From Squalus acanthias (Eukaryota): 64,000 nucleotides of DNA. Under the pieces are notes generated by a model, which did no database searches, was not told the origin of the DNA, and worked only from the letters and a program-made list of their open reading frames with translations. A program made the position numbers and the translations under genes. Where the stretch lies: NCBI GenBank assembly GCA_030390025.1, contig JASTWF010000070.1, positions 1,364,001 to 1,428,000 of the forward strand, written 5' to 3'. Below are positions 9,737 to 22,777 of the stretch, in pieces; position 1 is the first letter of the stretch; each line of letters starts with the position of its first letter.

Positions 9737-10478
9737 GGCCCAAAAATTAGTGCCGCTACGCGAGAGTACGCACTGTGTACTCTCGCGTATTCTGTCTCCA
9801 ATTGCCGGTTTTCTGCATGCACTGCGCATGCGCTGAAAACCGGCACTTGGTGAATTCAAAAGGGGGCGGTTCCTAGGTGAACCGCGTGCGCGCTACAGGC
9901 TGCGCGCACGCAGTGCACTTAGTGCTTTGGACTCGCAGGTAAGCATGGAACATTTTAGACAGAAAGAAAGGAGGCGTAAGACCCTCTTTTAACAAGGTAA
10001 GTAGTTAATTAAATATTATTTTGAATTTTTTTTAACAGGTATATCTTTTTTAGAGACTTTAAAGACAGGTACGTTTATTTTTATAACTTTTTAAAAGATT
10101 ATAAATTTTTTCAAAAATTTTATTTTTTGTTTAAAATGGTTAATTTATTTAACTATACTTATTTTATTAATGTGATGGTTTTTTTTAAATTTAATTGAGG
10201 TTTAGCTGTTCTTTTGGTGGGGTATAGTATTCATAGCTTTCACAGCACTTATGTGAAAGCTATGAATGAAAGATGGTGTGCTGCCATTGGCTCTAACTGA
10301 GTCACGTGATCCCACAGCTTGCACGAATTAACTACGCCTGTGGGATACGGAAGCCCTGCACAGCTGCTGTCCAGAACATCAAGTTCGTGCGAGCTCGGAC
10401 TGAAAAAGCCAGCTCGCAGTGAGAGATTGCGGGGAGCCCTTACCCTCGCACGAAGGCTCACTCACGAATTTTTGGGCC
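9737..10478. mobile_element. MITE (PIF/Harbinger-related), 742 bp, AAT TSD
   Basis: TIR GGCCCAAAAATT(A/C)GTG 15/16 match; AAT at 9734-9736 and 10479-10481; homologous copy at 52955-53698. Confidence 0.9.
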
Positions 10479-10794
10479 AATATTTTTTGTTTAATAAATT
10501 GTGCATCTGTGATGTTAGGTATTCCCCTGTTTCTTAGAAAAAAACACAGAGCGGCCGGAGGGATTCTCGTCCTCTGGAGTAGCCGGCACTGAATTCGGGC
10601 AGCGATTGGTTCTCACCTGGACAAGGGGCTTTTCGGTGAAGCCCAGGTGCTTGGTTCTGTTTCTGCGCTTGAACTGATCACTGATTCCTCTGGTCTGTTA
10701 ATATTATTAAAGGGGCTTTGGTGCATTGAATGGAGCTGCTCCCTCAACCTTGCACAGGTCCCCAAAGCTTTGTCACTGCTGACACTGACACGGC

Positions 10795-10859
10795 TGATTG
10801 GAGAACCAATCATTGAAGAGCACTGGCAACACCGCGCATTGCACGTTGGGAACTGTAGT
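10795..10859 (-). promoter_or_regulatory. ZNF143/THAP11-type site plus paired CCAAT boxes (promoter signature)
   Basis: Minus strand ACTACAGTTCCCAACGTGCAATGCG (10835-10859); ATTGG 10797-10801 and CCAAT 10806-10810. Confidence 0.55.
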
Positions 10860-10889
10860 TCCATATTGGGCAATACATAAGATCAGCGT

Positions 10890-11780
10890 GTCTATTGACA
10901 CCACTGTGTCAGCTCTACCTCACCACGGCCTCTCTCGACTCCATCACTGTCTCTAAATTGTCACACTGCTTGTCCGACAACCAGCACTGGATTAGCAGAA
11001 ATTTCCTCCAACGAAATTTTGAAAGACCGAAGCCAGTCTCTTCGGTCTCCACCACAAATTCCATTCCCTCACCACCGACTCCATCCCTCTCCCTGGGAAC
11101 TGTCTGAGTCTGATACAGACTGTTGGCAACCATGATGTCATATCTGCCATAACTAAGACAGCCTATTTCCACCTCAATAACATTGCCCGACTCTACCGTG
11201 CCTCAGCTCATCATCTGCTGAAACCATCATGCGCAACGTTTTTACCCCTTGACTTTACTATATCAACACACACCTGGCCGGCCTCCCACTTTCTACCCTC
11301 CGTAAACTTGAGACTACGCAAGACATGCACCGAGTCCCTTCACCCCTGTGCTCGCTGACCTACATTGGCTCCCGGTTACATAACACTCAATATTTATAAG
11401 ATCATTCTTGCCTTCAAATCCGTCCATGGCCTCACCCCTCCCTGTCTCTGTCATCTCCTCCAGCCCTGCAACATTCCGAGATATCTGCGTTCCTCCAATT
11501 CTGGTCTCTTGCGCATCGCCCCACCATTGGTGGCAGTGCTTTCAGCTGGCTAGGCCCTCAGCTCTGGACTTCCCTCGCTGCACCTCTCTGCTTCTCTACC
11601 TCTCTTTCTGCCTTTAAGACACTCCTTAACACCTGACTCTTTGATCAAGCTTTTGGTCTTCGGCCCTAATATCTCCTTCTGTGGCTCGGTGTCAAAGTTT
11701 TTCATAACACTCCTATGAAGTAACTTTGGACGTTTTACTACATTAAAGGTGAGATATGAATACAAGTTGTTGTTGTTGTT
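10890..11780 (+). mobile_element. L2-type LINE 3' fragment
   Basis: LHWLP...YKIILAFKSVHGLTPPCL L2 ORF2 C-terminus; (GTT)n tail. Confidence 0.8.
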
Positions 11781-12159
11781 TGAGGTGCGACGGGACTTTA
11801 GGCAGGATTCACCTCGAACAGTTTACCTTCCAGGAAACAAACTCTATTTATTCTGCAAACCGAGTCTATTTAAGCAGTGCATGACAGCAAACAGTCTACA
11901 GGGTCTATTTAAAAAGAGCATGTACAAACTACAGCAAACAGAACTCATGACCAGAACTTAGCAACTTCGCCCGATTAAAGCTGGCTGATTTCTCCAGCAT
12001 AATGCAGTGAGTCGAGGATACTTAGAGAATACAAATTATGTGCGTAAAATGTTACTATTATATATTAAGGTGTTACCCAGAGGAGCTATAAGTCTTTTTA
12101 CAGTATTTATCACACTATCTAATGCCATAATTGAGCTGAATACATCGCATCTACTTACA

Positions 12160-13665
12160 TAGAATCACAGAATCATAGAAGATAGGAGCAGGAGTAGGCC
12201 ATTCGGCCAGTCGAGCAAGCTCCGCCATTCAATGCGATCACGCCTGATCATCCAAATTCAGTACCCTGTCACTGCTTTCTCCCCATATTCCTTGATCCCT
12301 TTATCCTGAAGAAATATATCCAACTCCTTCTTGAATCTATTTAATGAAATGCTCGCTACTGCCTTCTGTGGCAGAGAATTCCACAGGTTCACCACTCTCT
12401 GGGTGAAGAAATTCCTCCTCATTTCTGTGCTAAATGGCTTACCCCTAATCCTTAGACTGTGACCCCTGGTTCTGGACTCGCCCACCATCGGGAACATCCT
12501 TCCTGCATCTAGTTTTTCCTGTCCTGTCAGAATTTTATAAGTTGCAATGAGATCCCCTCTCATTCTTCTAAACTCCAGCGAGTATAATCCCAATCGAACC
12601 CAATCTCTCTTCATACGTCATTCCTGCCATCCCAGGTATCAGCCTTGTGAATATTCGCTGAACTCCTTCCAGGGCAAGAACATCTTTCCGCAGATAGGAC
12701 GACCAAAACTGCACATAGTACTCAAGGTGTGGTCTCACCAAGGCCCTGTACAACTGCAGCAAGACATCCTTGTTCCTGTACTCAAAACCTCTCGCTATGA
12801 AGGCCAACATACCATTTGCCTTCTTAACCGCCTGCTGCACCTGCATGCTTACTTTCAGCGACTGGTGCACAAGGACACCCAGGTCTCGTTGCACTTCCCC
12901 TTCTCCCAATCTATTGCCATTCAGATAATAATCTGCCTTTCTGTTTTTGACACCAAATTGGATAACCTCGTATTTATCCACGTTTTATTGCATCTGCCAC
13001 GCATCTGCCCAATCACCCAACCTGTCCGAATCATCCTGGACTTTCTCGGCATCCTCCTCGTAGCACACATTCCCACGCAGCTTTGTGTCGTCGGCAAACT
13101 TGGAGATATTACATCTAGTTCCCTTATCTAGATCATTAATGTATATTCTGAATAGCTGGGGTCCAAGGACCGATCCCTGCGGTACCACACTAGTCACTGC
13201 CTGCCACTCGGAAAAAGACCCGTTTATTCCAACTCTTTGCTTTCTGTCTGCCAACCAGTTCTCTATCCAAGTCAATACCTTGCCGCCAATCCCATGTGCC
13301 TTAACTTTACACGCTAATCTCTTATGCGGGACATTATCAAAAGCCTTTTGGAACGCCAAATACACCACATCCACTGTTTCTCCGTTATCTATTTTACCAG
13401 TTACATCCTCAAAAAATTCCAGTAGATTAGTCAAGCATGATTTACCTTTTGTAAATCCATGTTGACTTTGTCCGATCCTGTCACTGTTTTCCAAGTGCTC
13501 AGCTATTACATCTTTTATAATGGACTCTACCATTTTCCCCACTACCGATGTCAGGCTTACCGGTCTGTAATTCCCCATTTTCTCTCTACCACCCTTTTTG
13601 AATAGTGGGGTAACATTAGCTACCCTCCAATCTATGGGTACTTTTCCAGATTCCATCGTGTACGA
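12160..13665 (-). mobile_element. CR1 LINE, 5'-truncated, disrupted RT
   Basis: ORFs 12985..13677 (KFADDT), 12568..12981 and 12258..12614; (ATTCTATG)-type tail. Confidence 0.92.
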
Positions 13666-13719
13666 AATCACCAACACTGGAGATTAATATGGAAAGAAGG
13701 AAACGTGACGGATTATTAA

Positions 13720-14095
13720 TTATTGCTAGTAAAGTGCGCCTTTCTGGAAACATGTTGACAGGGTTTATAGCTCCATTTCAGTTCGTGAAGGGGATGGAGG
13801 AACAGAGAGACCTGGGGTTCAGGTACACCCATCTTTGAAGGTAGCAGGACAAGTTGCGAAGGCTGTTGAAATAGAGGTATAGATGACAAAACAAGGGCGT
13901 CATGCTGAACCTTAATAAACACTGGTTAGGCCTCAGCTGGAGTATTGTGTTCAATTCTGATCACCACACTTTAAGAAAGATGTCAAGACCTTGTAGAGGA
14001 GATTTACGAGAATGGTACCAGTGATGAGGGACTTCACTTATGTGGAGAGACTGGAATAGTTCTCGTTAGAGCAGGGAAGGTTAAGGGGAGATTTC
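13720..14095 (+). mobile_element. Degenerate CR1 fragment abutting the start of duplication copy B
   Basis: LVRPQLEYCVQF motif at about 13922-13958. Confidence 0.75.
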
Positions 14096-14778
14096 GATGC
14101 TGGGTTTCGTTAGCACCGGGAAACCCGAATCGCAGCCGTTAAATTCAAGTCCGGCTCCCAACTGCACTGTGGGAGCCTGATTTAAATATTATAATGAGGT
14201 ATCCCGCCTGAGAGCTTAGACATGACGGCAGGAGCTTATGCAGTTGGTTCAGGTGGGGTTAGCTCATTTTTATATGTAAACCCCACCCCCCACATTCTCC
14301 CGCCCATCTTATTCCCATCCATTCCCCCAATAGGGTTCCCAGGTCCTATTGCGTTCAGGAATGAATTGCTGGGTCAATAAAGTATTCTAAGAGCACTGTA
14401 TGTAGGTTACAGAGCACCAACAACAACGTGTTTTTATACAGCGCCTTTAACGTAGTAAAACGTCCCAAGGTGCTGCACAGGAGCGCTTAACAAACAATAT
14501 TTGTCATCGAGCCACATAAGGAGATATTGGGACAGGTGACTAAAAGCTTGCTCAGGGAGGTTGGTTATAAGGAGTGTCTTAAAGGTGAAGAGAGAGGCGG
14601 AGAGGTTTAGAGCAGGGACTCGGGCAGATTGGGAAACATCGAGTTTCGCTACCAACAGTGAAAATTTGAAAATCTTCAGAAATTTGCCGGGAATGGAACA
14701 GGTGGAGCACTTAAAGTGACAGGAGTGTCATTCCGCCGCATTCACAGCTCCAGGATTGTCCTTTCGCTTTGGAGTCAA

Positions 14779-16986
14779 GGCCAGGACTTTGCTTAGCTGG
14801 GCGGGTCCGGTGCGGACGGTGGCCACCGCGGGTCGCGACTCCCCTGCCTGCTCCATGCCTCTGCTGCAAATTAACTCACCTTAATGGAGCCTATTAAGCC
14901 CGACCAGCGCGTTACCCGGCCCAATGAGATGGAGCGAGTCTGGTGACGTCATTCATGACGCATTATCAGCCGGGATCTGTGAAGGGACCATGGCCACATC
15001 ACAGTTGAAGTTTAATCTTACATCGTGCTGTCGTTGCACTAAGGGACATGGGGGAGATATGATAGCGGGATCCTGACCCACTGACACAAAAATCAAAATT
15101 CCCTCTCGACCCCCCCACCGAGCTCGCCCGCTATCACACCGGAAAATACCGGCTGGGACTGCACCGAGTTCTAAACGACTCCAACCTAAAGTCCAACTGC
15201 AATCTTAGGGGGGAATTTTCCTGGGGTTCAGCGGCGGGATCGGTAGCGGGTCAGGAGGGAAAATGTATTTTTTTACACTGGTCGGGATCCCGCTGGCAAC
15301 CCGCCACCACGCGCCTTTACCAAATGTCGGGTCTGTCAGCGCTGAACAGACCCGACACGCAGCGGCGGGGGAGGTAATTCAGGTCATTATGACCTTGTTA
15401 ACAGAGCAGTAACAACAATTTTGAGCTCACCTTTAGAATTTACTATCTCGCCAACGGGCTCCACGCTGCTGGGGCATCACGTCTGTTAATCTGGGCGGGA
15501 GTTGAATCGCCATCTCATTATTTGATAACTGGAAATGTGCTATAAAAGCTCCCATCTCACAGCTGTTCACTTTCCAAACTCAAAACCTATTGCTTACTGC
15601 ATTTGGAAGAGAGATTGAGCTTAAAGCAGATTTCAAGTGTTTGGAGCAAACTCGTTCATAGTACGTGTAATTATTACGTACGTAAGCTCGTGTCACCTCA
15701 TTGCAACAACCTCTTTCACCATTGACAAATTCCTTCTCTCATCTCAAGTTCACCTGCCACCTATTCCATCACCATGGGTACGGTTTATACTCTCCCCCCT
15801 TGGTCCTCATAATCTGAGCACGATCAGCCACAACATCAGCATCACCAGGCACACCAGCAGCACTAACAACAACACCAACCTTCTCCGCAAATACCTGATG
15901 CTGCACAGGACAGAGGGCATCAGCACCTAACCACATTGCAGGGGTGGTGCTCCAGTGATGGCCTCACCGTGGCCAGATTTACTTCACTTGACGCTCCACA
16001 CCCATATGGCTGCCACATGATGCGCCAGGATTGCACAACCCCAAACCAACAACGTAAAGCATCCCTACAATGCCCAAGCCATTCCTTTTTCACTCATCAA
16101 CATTGCAGGGGTGTGGGTACGATTATGTTTCAACAGTCACTGCAACTCACTAAGCCACTTTCAAAGGTGCACACCAATCTGTCGAAGAATGGAAGAAGTG
16201 TAGAAAAAAAAGATTTCCATGTCTCGTAACAGAAATTTCAAATGATAATTGGCTAAAACACACAAGTGCCTATCGTTGTGTGTTGTTAATTGGTATGATT
16301 GGACTAGGATGATGGTGAGTGTGAGAGGTGGCTAGTGATATGTGCAAGTGAGAATGTAGATAGAGAGGGATGGCTAGAGGTGCAAGGTAAGTTGGTGTGA
16401 GGAAGGCTGTGCAGCAGTAGGGCAGGGAAGACAGAGTCATGGGGATGCTCTGAGTGGCACAGCAGGATGAGGTTGAGAGTGGCTTTGGATTAACATTTCG
16501 TGTTCTACTGAGATCATTGAACGGTTTCCGCCACTGAAGTCTGGTCCTCTTGACGATATCCCTGCTTCTGTCCTCCTGTGCAATGTGCAACCAGGCTGCG
16601 TTGGTCTCCTGTGGAGGTCTCACTGGAAGGGAGAAAAGCCTCCCTACGTGCTCTGAAGGGAGTCATGGAAGAGCGTGGGTGCAGCTGTGCACCTCTGTGA
16701 AGTGCTTATCAATGTTTGCAGCACTTCAATGCTGCAGAACAGGAACAGCACCAATGTCAAAGTAAATTTGTGCATGGTCCCTTTAATAAAACCGGCTGAT
16801 GACGCATCATTAAATGACGTAATCAGACCCGCTTCCTTCAATTCGCTGGGAAACTCGCAAACCGGGATTAACAAGGCCAATCAGGGGAAAATCATGTCGG
16901 AGGCCGAGATTGAGCCAGCAGCCAGGCCGCGACCCACCAACGACTTCGCCCGCCATGGACCCGCCCAGTTAGGAGAAATCGCGGCC
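14779..16986. mobile_element. Duplicate of the Harbinger-like element(s) at 659-2849
   Basis: Colinear paralog; flanks CAA/TAA are compatible with a decayed TAA TSD. Confidence 0.7.
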
Positions 16987-19058
16987 TAAGTGTCTCCACA
17001 GGGAGTCTTTGACACAGACCTACTATACTGTGTGCGAATTGTTCATCTTTTCCTCTTTTGCTGCCCCGCGTGTAGTTCCTAAACTATCCTCCAGTTCCCC
17101 GTTCACAGCCCAGCCCAGAGACCCTGACCATACGTTCGTTATCTGTGCTTTTCCGACCTGGATGTTGTCCCCTTTCAATACTTGATTGAGCAACGGAATC
17201 AGACTGAGTTTTAGCAATCTCTTTCATAATCTACTCCCAGAATGATGCGTGGCGCTCTTTAATGAATTACCTGTAATGGATCAATTTCGTTTTTGAAGTT
17301 AGGGCGCCAAAGTGACACATGTGGCCTCAGCACCGATCTACAGAAGCTTAAGTTATGGAAATCAAACAGCCACGTGATGTGTGATGTCAGAATAATCCTT
17401 ATCCTTCACTTTAATATATACTGGTGGACTCAAGAGATAGAGAGATTAATAATCTTTATTTATCTGTGCACTTATAGAAACTTAGCACCTCCAGTGCTAT
17501 GAGAATGAAATTAATTGTACTCACAAGCACATCTATTTAATTATGCAAGGTAAGCAAGTAGATCGTACGTCAGCACGTTCATAGTACGTGTGATTATTAC
17601 GTACGCACCCAGGATTAATATGCAAACTCGTTGGTGCTCACGCATGCTACTCGCAGTCCCGCCTCCCCCCACCAGCCTTGCACATGCTCATTGGCGACAC
17701 TCTCTGTCCAGTGTTCTCTGGACATTTCACATGTATGATTAACCATATTCAGAATCCTCACTTGCTGATCGAGGAGCACAGGAACAGGAGTAGATCCATA
17801 GTGGATTACCTCACACTTCCCCACATTGAGCGACATCTGTCACATTTCCCTCCACTCACAATCTGTACATATCCCCTTCCAAATTGTTGCTCCCATCTAC
17901 ACAAGTTACTGGGCCTACGAACTTAACACCACCTGCAAACAGGGATATACAACTCCCTATTCCTTCATCCAAATCATGAATAAATACGGGTGGAAAGATT
18001 GAGGCTCCAGAACAGATCCCTGGGGAACCCACTGTCACATCCCGCCAATCTCTGTACCTACTCTTTATTCGACTCTCTGTCTCCTGCTTCCCATCCAAAC
18101 TCCAACCCAAATAAAAAGGCTCAACCCATCCCATGTGGTCTCAACTTGTCCAATAATCTTTAATGTGCAACCTTATTGAATACCTTCTGGGATTCCATAT
18201 AGACAACATCCATAGACACTCCTTTCTGTATCTGATTAGTGACATCCTCAAGAAATGTAACTGGATTAGTCAGATATGATTTACCTTTAAGAAAGCCTTT
18301 CTGGCCCCCTCTGACCAGCTCATATTTGCTTAAATGTTCACTCACTCTATCCTTAATGACCGATTCTATTAACTGCCCCACAACTGACGTTAAACTGACA
18401 GGCCGGTACTGACCTGGCTTCTCTCTCCCACCCTGCTTAAATAATCCAGTATCTGGAGCACAGTGTACAGGTTCTGGGCACCGCATCTCAGAAATGATAT
18501 ACTGGAGGGAGTTCAGCGCTGATTCAGCAGAATGTACCAGGGATCCAAGTGTTAAATTACGAGGAGAGATTAAAGAAACTAGGCTTGTATGCCCTGGAAT
18601 ATGTAATGTTAAGGGATAATGTGATTGAGGTTCATAGGATTTTGTGAGGGATTTATAGGGTAGACAGAGAGAAACTACTCCTCCGGTGGGGGGACGTCCA
18701 GAACAAGGAAGCATGAACTTAAAATTTAGAAATCCAATAGGGAATTCAGGAGAAAACATTTATACCCAGAGAGTGCTGAGAATGTGGAACTCACTACCAT
18801 ATGGAACAGCTGAGTCGAATAGTGTAGAAGCATTAAAGGGGAAGCTCGATAAGTACATGAGGGAGAAAGGAATAGAACGATATGTTGATGGGGTGAGATG
18901 AATAGGGGTGGGAGGAGGCTCGTGTGGAGCATAAACACCGGCATAGACTGATTGGGCTGAAGGACCTGTTTGTGCTGTACATTCCATGTAATCCACTCAA
19001 TGTCCCTTTAAGTACTCAGTAAAGACGGAACACTTTAAGCTCGTGGCAGCATTTCATG

Positions 19059-19064
19059 TTTATT
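19059..19064 (-). terminator. IgL-B polyadenylation signal AATAAA
   Basis: Paralogous to 4913-4918. Confidence 0.7.
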
Positions 19065-19374
19065 AAGAGCTGTGTTGCACAAGTTCCCAATCACAATATG
19101 GTCACAGCCTAAAGGGAAATCTGTCCCCATTCTACACACAGCGAAAGTTTACACACAAGATATTGGGGACAGTTGTACAGACAGTTCCATCTCACAAAGC
19201 TGGACAATCATGTCGATCTCTTCTGATATTAATGAACATTCGGGTTGTTTGTCAAAAATTGAAATTGCTACAGCGATTACATTGCAAAAAAAAGGCGATT
19301 GCACACATCAAATGATTTGTTTCATTACATTAAACACTAGCAAAAATCAAACTCCACTGCCAACTCGCACCGCC

Positions 19375-19703
19375 TCAGTCTGAACACGAGGAGGCGCTGA
19401 TGGTCTTGAGAAGAGGCGAGCTCAGGGAGCCGTGGCTGACGCTGCAGGAATAGCTGGAGCCCTTGTTCCAGGCGGCGGCGGGGACTCTCAGGTAACTGCT
19501 CAGGCTGTAGGTTTGATCGCTGTCCGGGGACACGGCGCCTGTCGTCACCCCGCTGTCTGTCTCTTGGCCATCCACGCTCCAGCGGAGCCGCACCAAGCCC
19601 GGCTTAAAGTGACTGACCAGGCAGGACAGAGTGGCCGATCCCGAGCCGATTTCTTCCGAGGAGGGAGGGAGGAGAAGAACCGAGGGGCTTTGATCCTCGC
19701 TGC
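19375..19703 (-). CDS. IgL: Ig light chain cluster B, constant exon
   Basis: SEDQSPSVLLLPPSSEEIGSGSATLSCLVSHFKPGLVRLRWSVDG...QTYSLSSYL...SCSD*; intact acceptor. Confidence 0.95.
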
Positions 19704-22700
19704 CTGTGTGTGGGGGGAGAGAAAATTCATTAGTTTATGCAATCCGTCAGCAGTGGGACGCTCTGATCTGAAATCAAAGACACCAAAGAACCCCGAACAA
19801 CATTCACTTTAAAATAAATTACTGATTAATACAGGAGTTCCAATAAATTCTTAAATCTCTAATTCCTCTGCTCCTCTGCCAATTCTTTTGCCTACATTAC
19901 AACAGTGACTTGGTTCAAAAGTATTTATTTGGCTATAAAACGCTTTTTGGACGTCCTGAGGTCGTGAGCGGCGCTGTAAAAAATGCAAGTCTTTCTTTCT
20001 TTCTTGTAAAATAACAATAGAAAATGCAGAAATACAGACCGGGTCAGTCAGCATGTGTGAGGTGGAAAGATCAGTAACTGACCAGTTCAGGTGTAGGTTC
20101 CACCCCCGGAACCGCACTAACCTGTCTGTTCCCGTTACAGACACTGACCGACCGGCCGTGTTTTCCCAGCATTTTCTGTTTTTATTTGAATTTCTATAAT
20201 TGCAGTTCTTTCCCTTTTTACTTGAATATAATAAAGCGTTTGATTGTCTTAAAATGCGGTCAGTGTTAACATTAAAGAGGTGAATTCACGGAGCTCTGAC
20301 CCGCTTTTCACCGAGAGTCCACATATGTTCTGATATCTCAAACTGATGCAGCCCTTTCAAAGAACCGCCACAGGCACGATAGTCCGAATGGCCTCCTTCT
20401 GTCCTGCATCATTATATAAGAGTCCGGAAGTTTTTTTTACGATTCATGTTTTTTTAGAATTGCGTGTTAGAAACTGATCCGCTTTAAATGTTGCGGCAAT
20501 TGAGCCGGGTCTGTTACCGGGTATTGAAGAGCTCACTGAATAAAGAGAGGACATTGTACACGAGCTGGAAATTAATGTAGTGACTCTGCCTAACAATATT
20601 GTAAATTATTTACATAGAATTACACGGAATATTCAGCACAGAAACAGTTCATTCGGCGCAACCAGTCCATGCCGGTGTTTATGATCCACTCGAGCCTCCT
20701 CCCTTACTTCCACATCTAACTCTATCAGCATAACCCTCTATTCCCTTCTCCCTCATGTGCTTATCCAGCTTCCCCTTAAATGCATCTATACTGTTCGCCT
20801 CAACCACTCCCTGTGGTACCGAGTTCCACATTCTCACCACTCTCTGGGTAAAGAATTTTATCCTGAATTCCCTATTAGATTTCTTGCTGACTATCTTATA
20901 TTGATGGTTCCTAGTTATCCTCTTCCCCACAAGTGGAAACATTCTCTCTGCAGCTACTCTATCAAAACCTTTCATCATTTTAAAGACCTCTATTCGGTCA
21001 CCCCTCAGCCTTCTCTTTGATGAAGGGTTTTCACGTTTTAATATTTCTAGTAAAGGGGGAACAAGGATTGTAAAAGTTACTCGCTGCAGAGGCAAGCCAG
21101 GATTCCTCCCCGCGCGGGTGAACTGAATTCTCTCTCGGGATCAGGTCAGTCTCGCTGGTCCCGGAGCGAGCCGTTCAACACTGGGCAGTAGCGGGACCCG
21201 GCAGATCAACCCAGGAGAATCGGCGCTATCCCCGGGGGGACACTGGACAGGGAGAGTCAGCAGACACAGCCTGGGGGAGGTGAGAGGGTCAGCAGCGAGA
21301 GAATAAGATGGAGAGAAAGTTCCCTTCAACAAGCATCACCCAGTCTCACTCACACACACGGGGCTGGTCAGTCATTGTCACTGCGCCGCTCCATGGTAAA
21401 GAGGGGTTCTGCTCTATAAACAGCGGGGAGATTGCGAATAATAAACTCAGACAGATTAAATATCGGAGCACGAATTTCAGATCCCGTCAAACGAATTCAA
21501 TCCCGACTCGTCCTGGTGTTGCTGGCGACAGGGAGTCGATCCAACCGGCTGTGTGCTGGGACAGCGGGTGTCGGGAGGTCATCTCTCTCTCCCAGCCCAG
21601 AGCCGGACACCCGACGGCTGCAGTCAGGGGGACAATCCGCCACAGGAATAAAACCAGCAGCAACATTGAAAGTTGCAAATGACGGTAAATGGGTTGGGGT
21701 TCCCCCGGGGGCTCTCCCGCCGGCTCCGGGCAATCTTTCTAAAATCGGGCGGTGTCCACTCTGGACAATAGGAATAATTCTACATACACTAAGAGCAGAA
21801 GTAAGGAACAGCTTAGAATCATACAGCACAGAAGGAGGCCATTCGGCCGATCGTGCCAGTGCCGGCTCTTTGAAAGAGCTCTCCAATCAGTCCCACTCCC
21901 CTGCTCTTTCCCCATCGCCCTGCAATTTTCTCAGTGTAACATAGTGACATATTCAGTGTCCACTGTCAGAACTTCACAGTGTAGCTCACAACTTTCCTCT
22001 CTCTCTCTCTGTCTCTTGCTGCACCCGAATGATACCGGCGCTTAGAGGGATAAATACGAGGACGGGTTGCATAAACTTGGTTTGTATTCCCTTGAGTTGA
22101 GAAGATTCAGGGGTGATCTGATCGAGGTGTTTAAAATGTAAAAAAGGATTCGATCGGGTAAACACAGAGAAACGATTTCCTCCGGTCGGGGAATCAAGAA
22201 CCAGGGACATCAACTGAAAATTAGAGCCCGGCCATTTAGGAGGGAAGCACTTTTTCACACAGGCTCGAGTGGCTGAATGGCCTCCTCCTGTTCCTCTGTC
22301 ACTATTTTATCAATCAGTGCAACTCTAAGGACATTCAGCCCATCGTGTCTCTGCCGGCTCTTTGAATAGAGCTCTCCAATTATTCCCTCTCCCCTGCTCT
22401 TTCCCCAAAGCCCTGCATTTATCCTTTTCAAGTGTTTATCCAATTCCCTTTTGAAAGTTACGATTGAATCTGCTTCCACCGCCCTTTCAGGCAGCGCATT
22501 CCAGAACACAATAACTCGCTGCGTCAAAAGAACACTTCTCCTCATCTCCCCTATTGAATGGGAGCAGGAACTTGTGTCAAACTTAATTTCAGCGCAGTAT
22601 TATTCCCTGAGGCGCTTCAACAATTCCAATTCTGATCAGTTTAACATTGTTTGGGTATAAATAGATCCAACATCAAAATTCACTGAATGGAGATTTCTCT

Positions 22701-22777
22701 GGCGCCCGGGAATGAAAGCGACTGTAAATTAATAATAATTGAAACAATGTGAATGACAGAATGAGAGAGTCACTTAC

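Noticed and set aside
12547-13465. Long plus-strand ORFs opposite CR1 elements (also at 30915, 40013, 51407 and elsewhere)
   Set aside because: Antisense shadows of CR1 ORF2 that recur with every copy.
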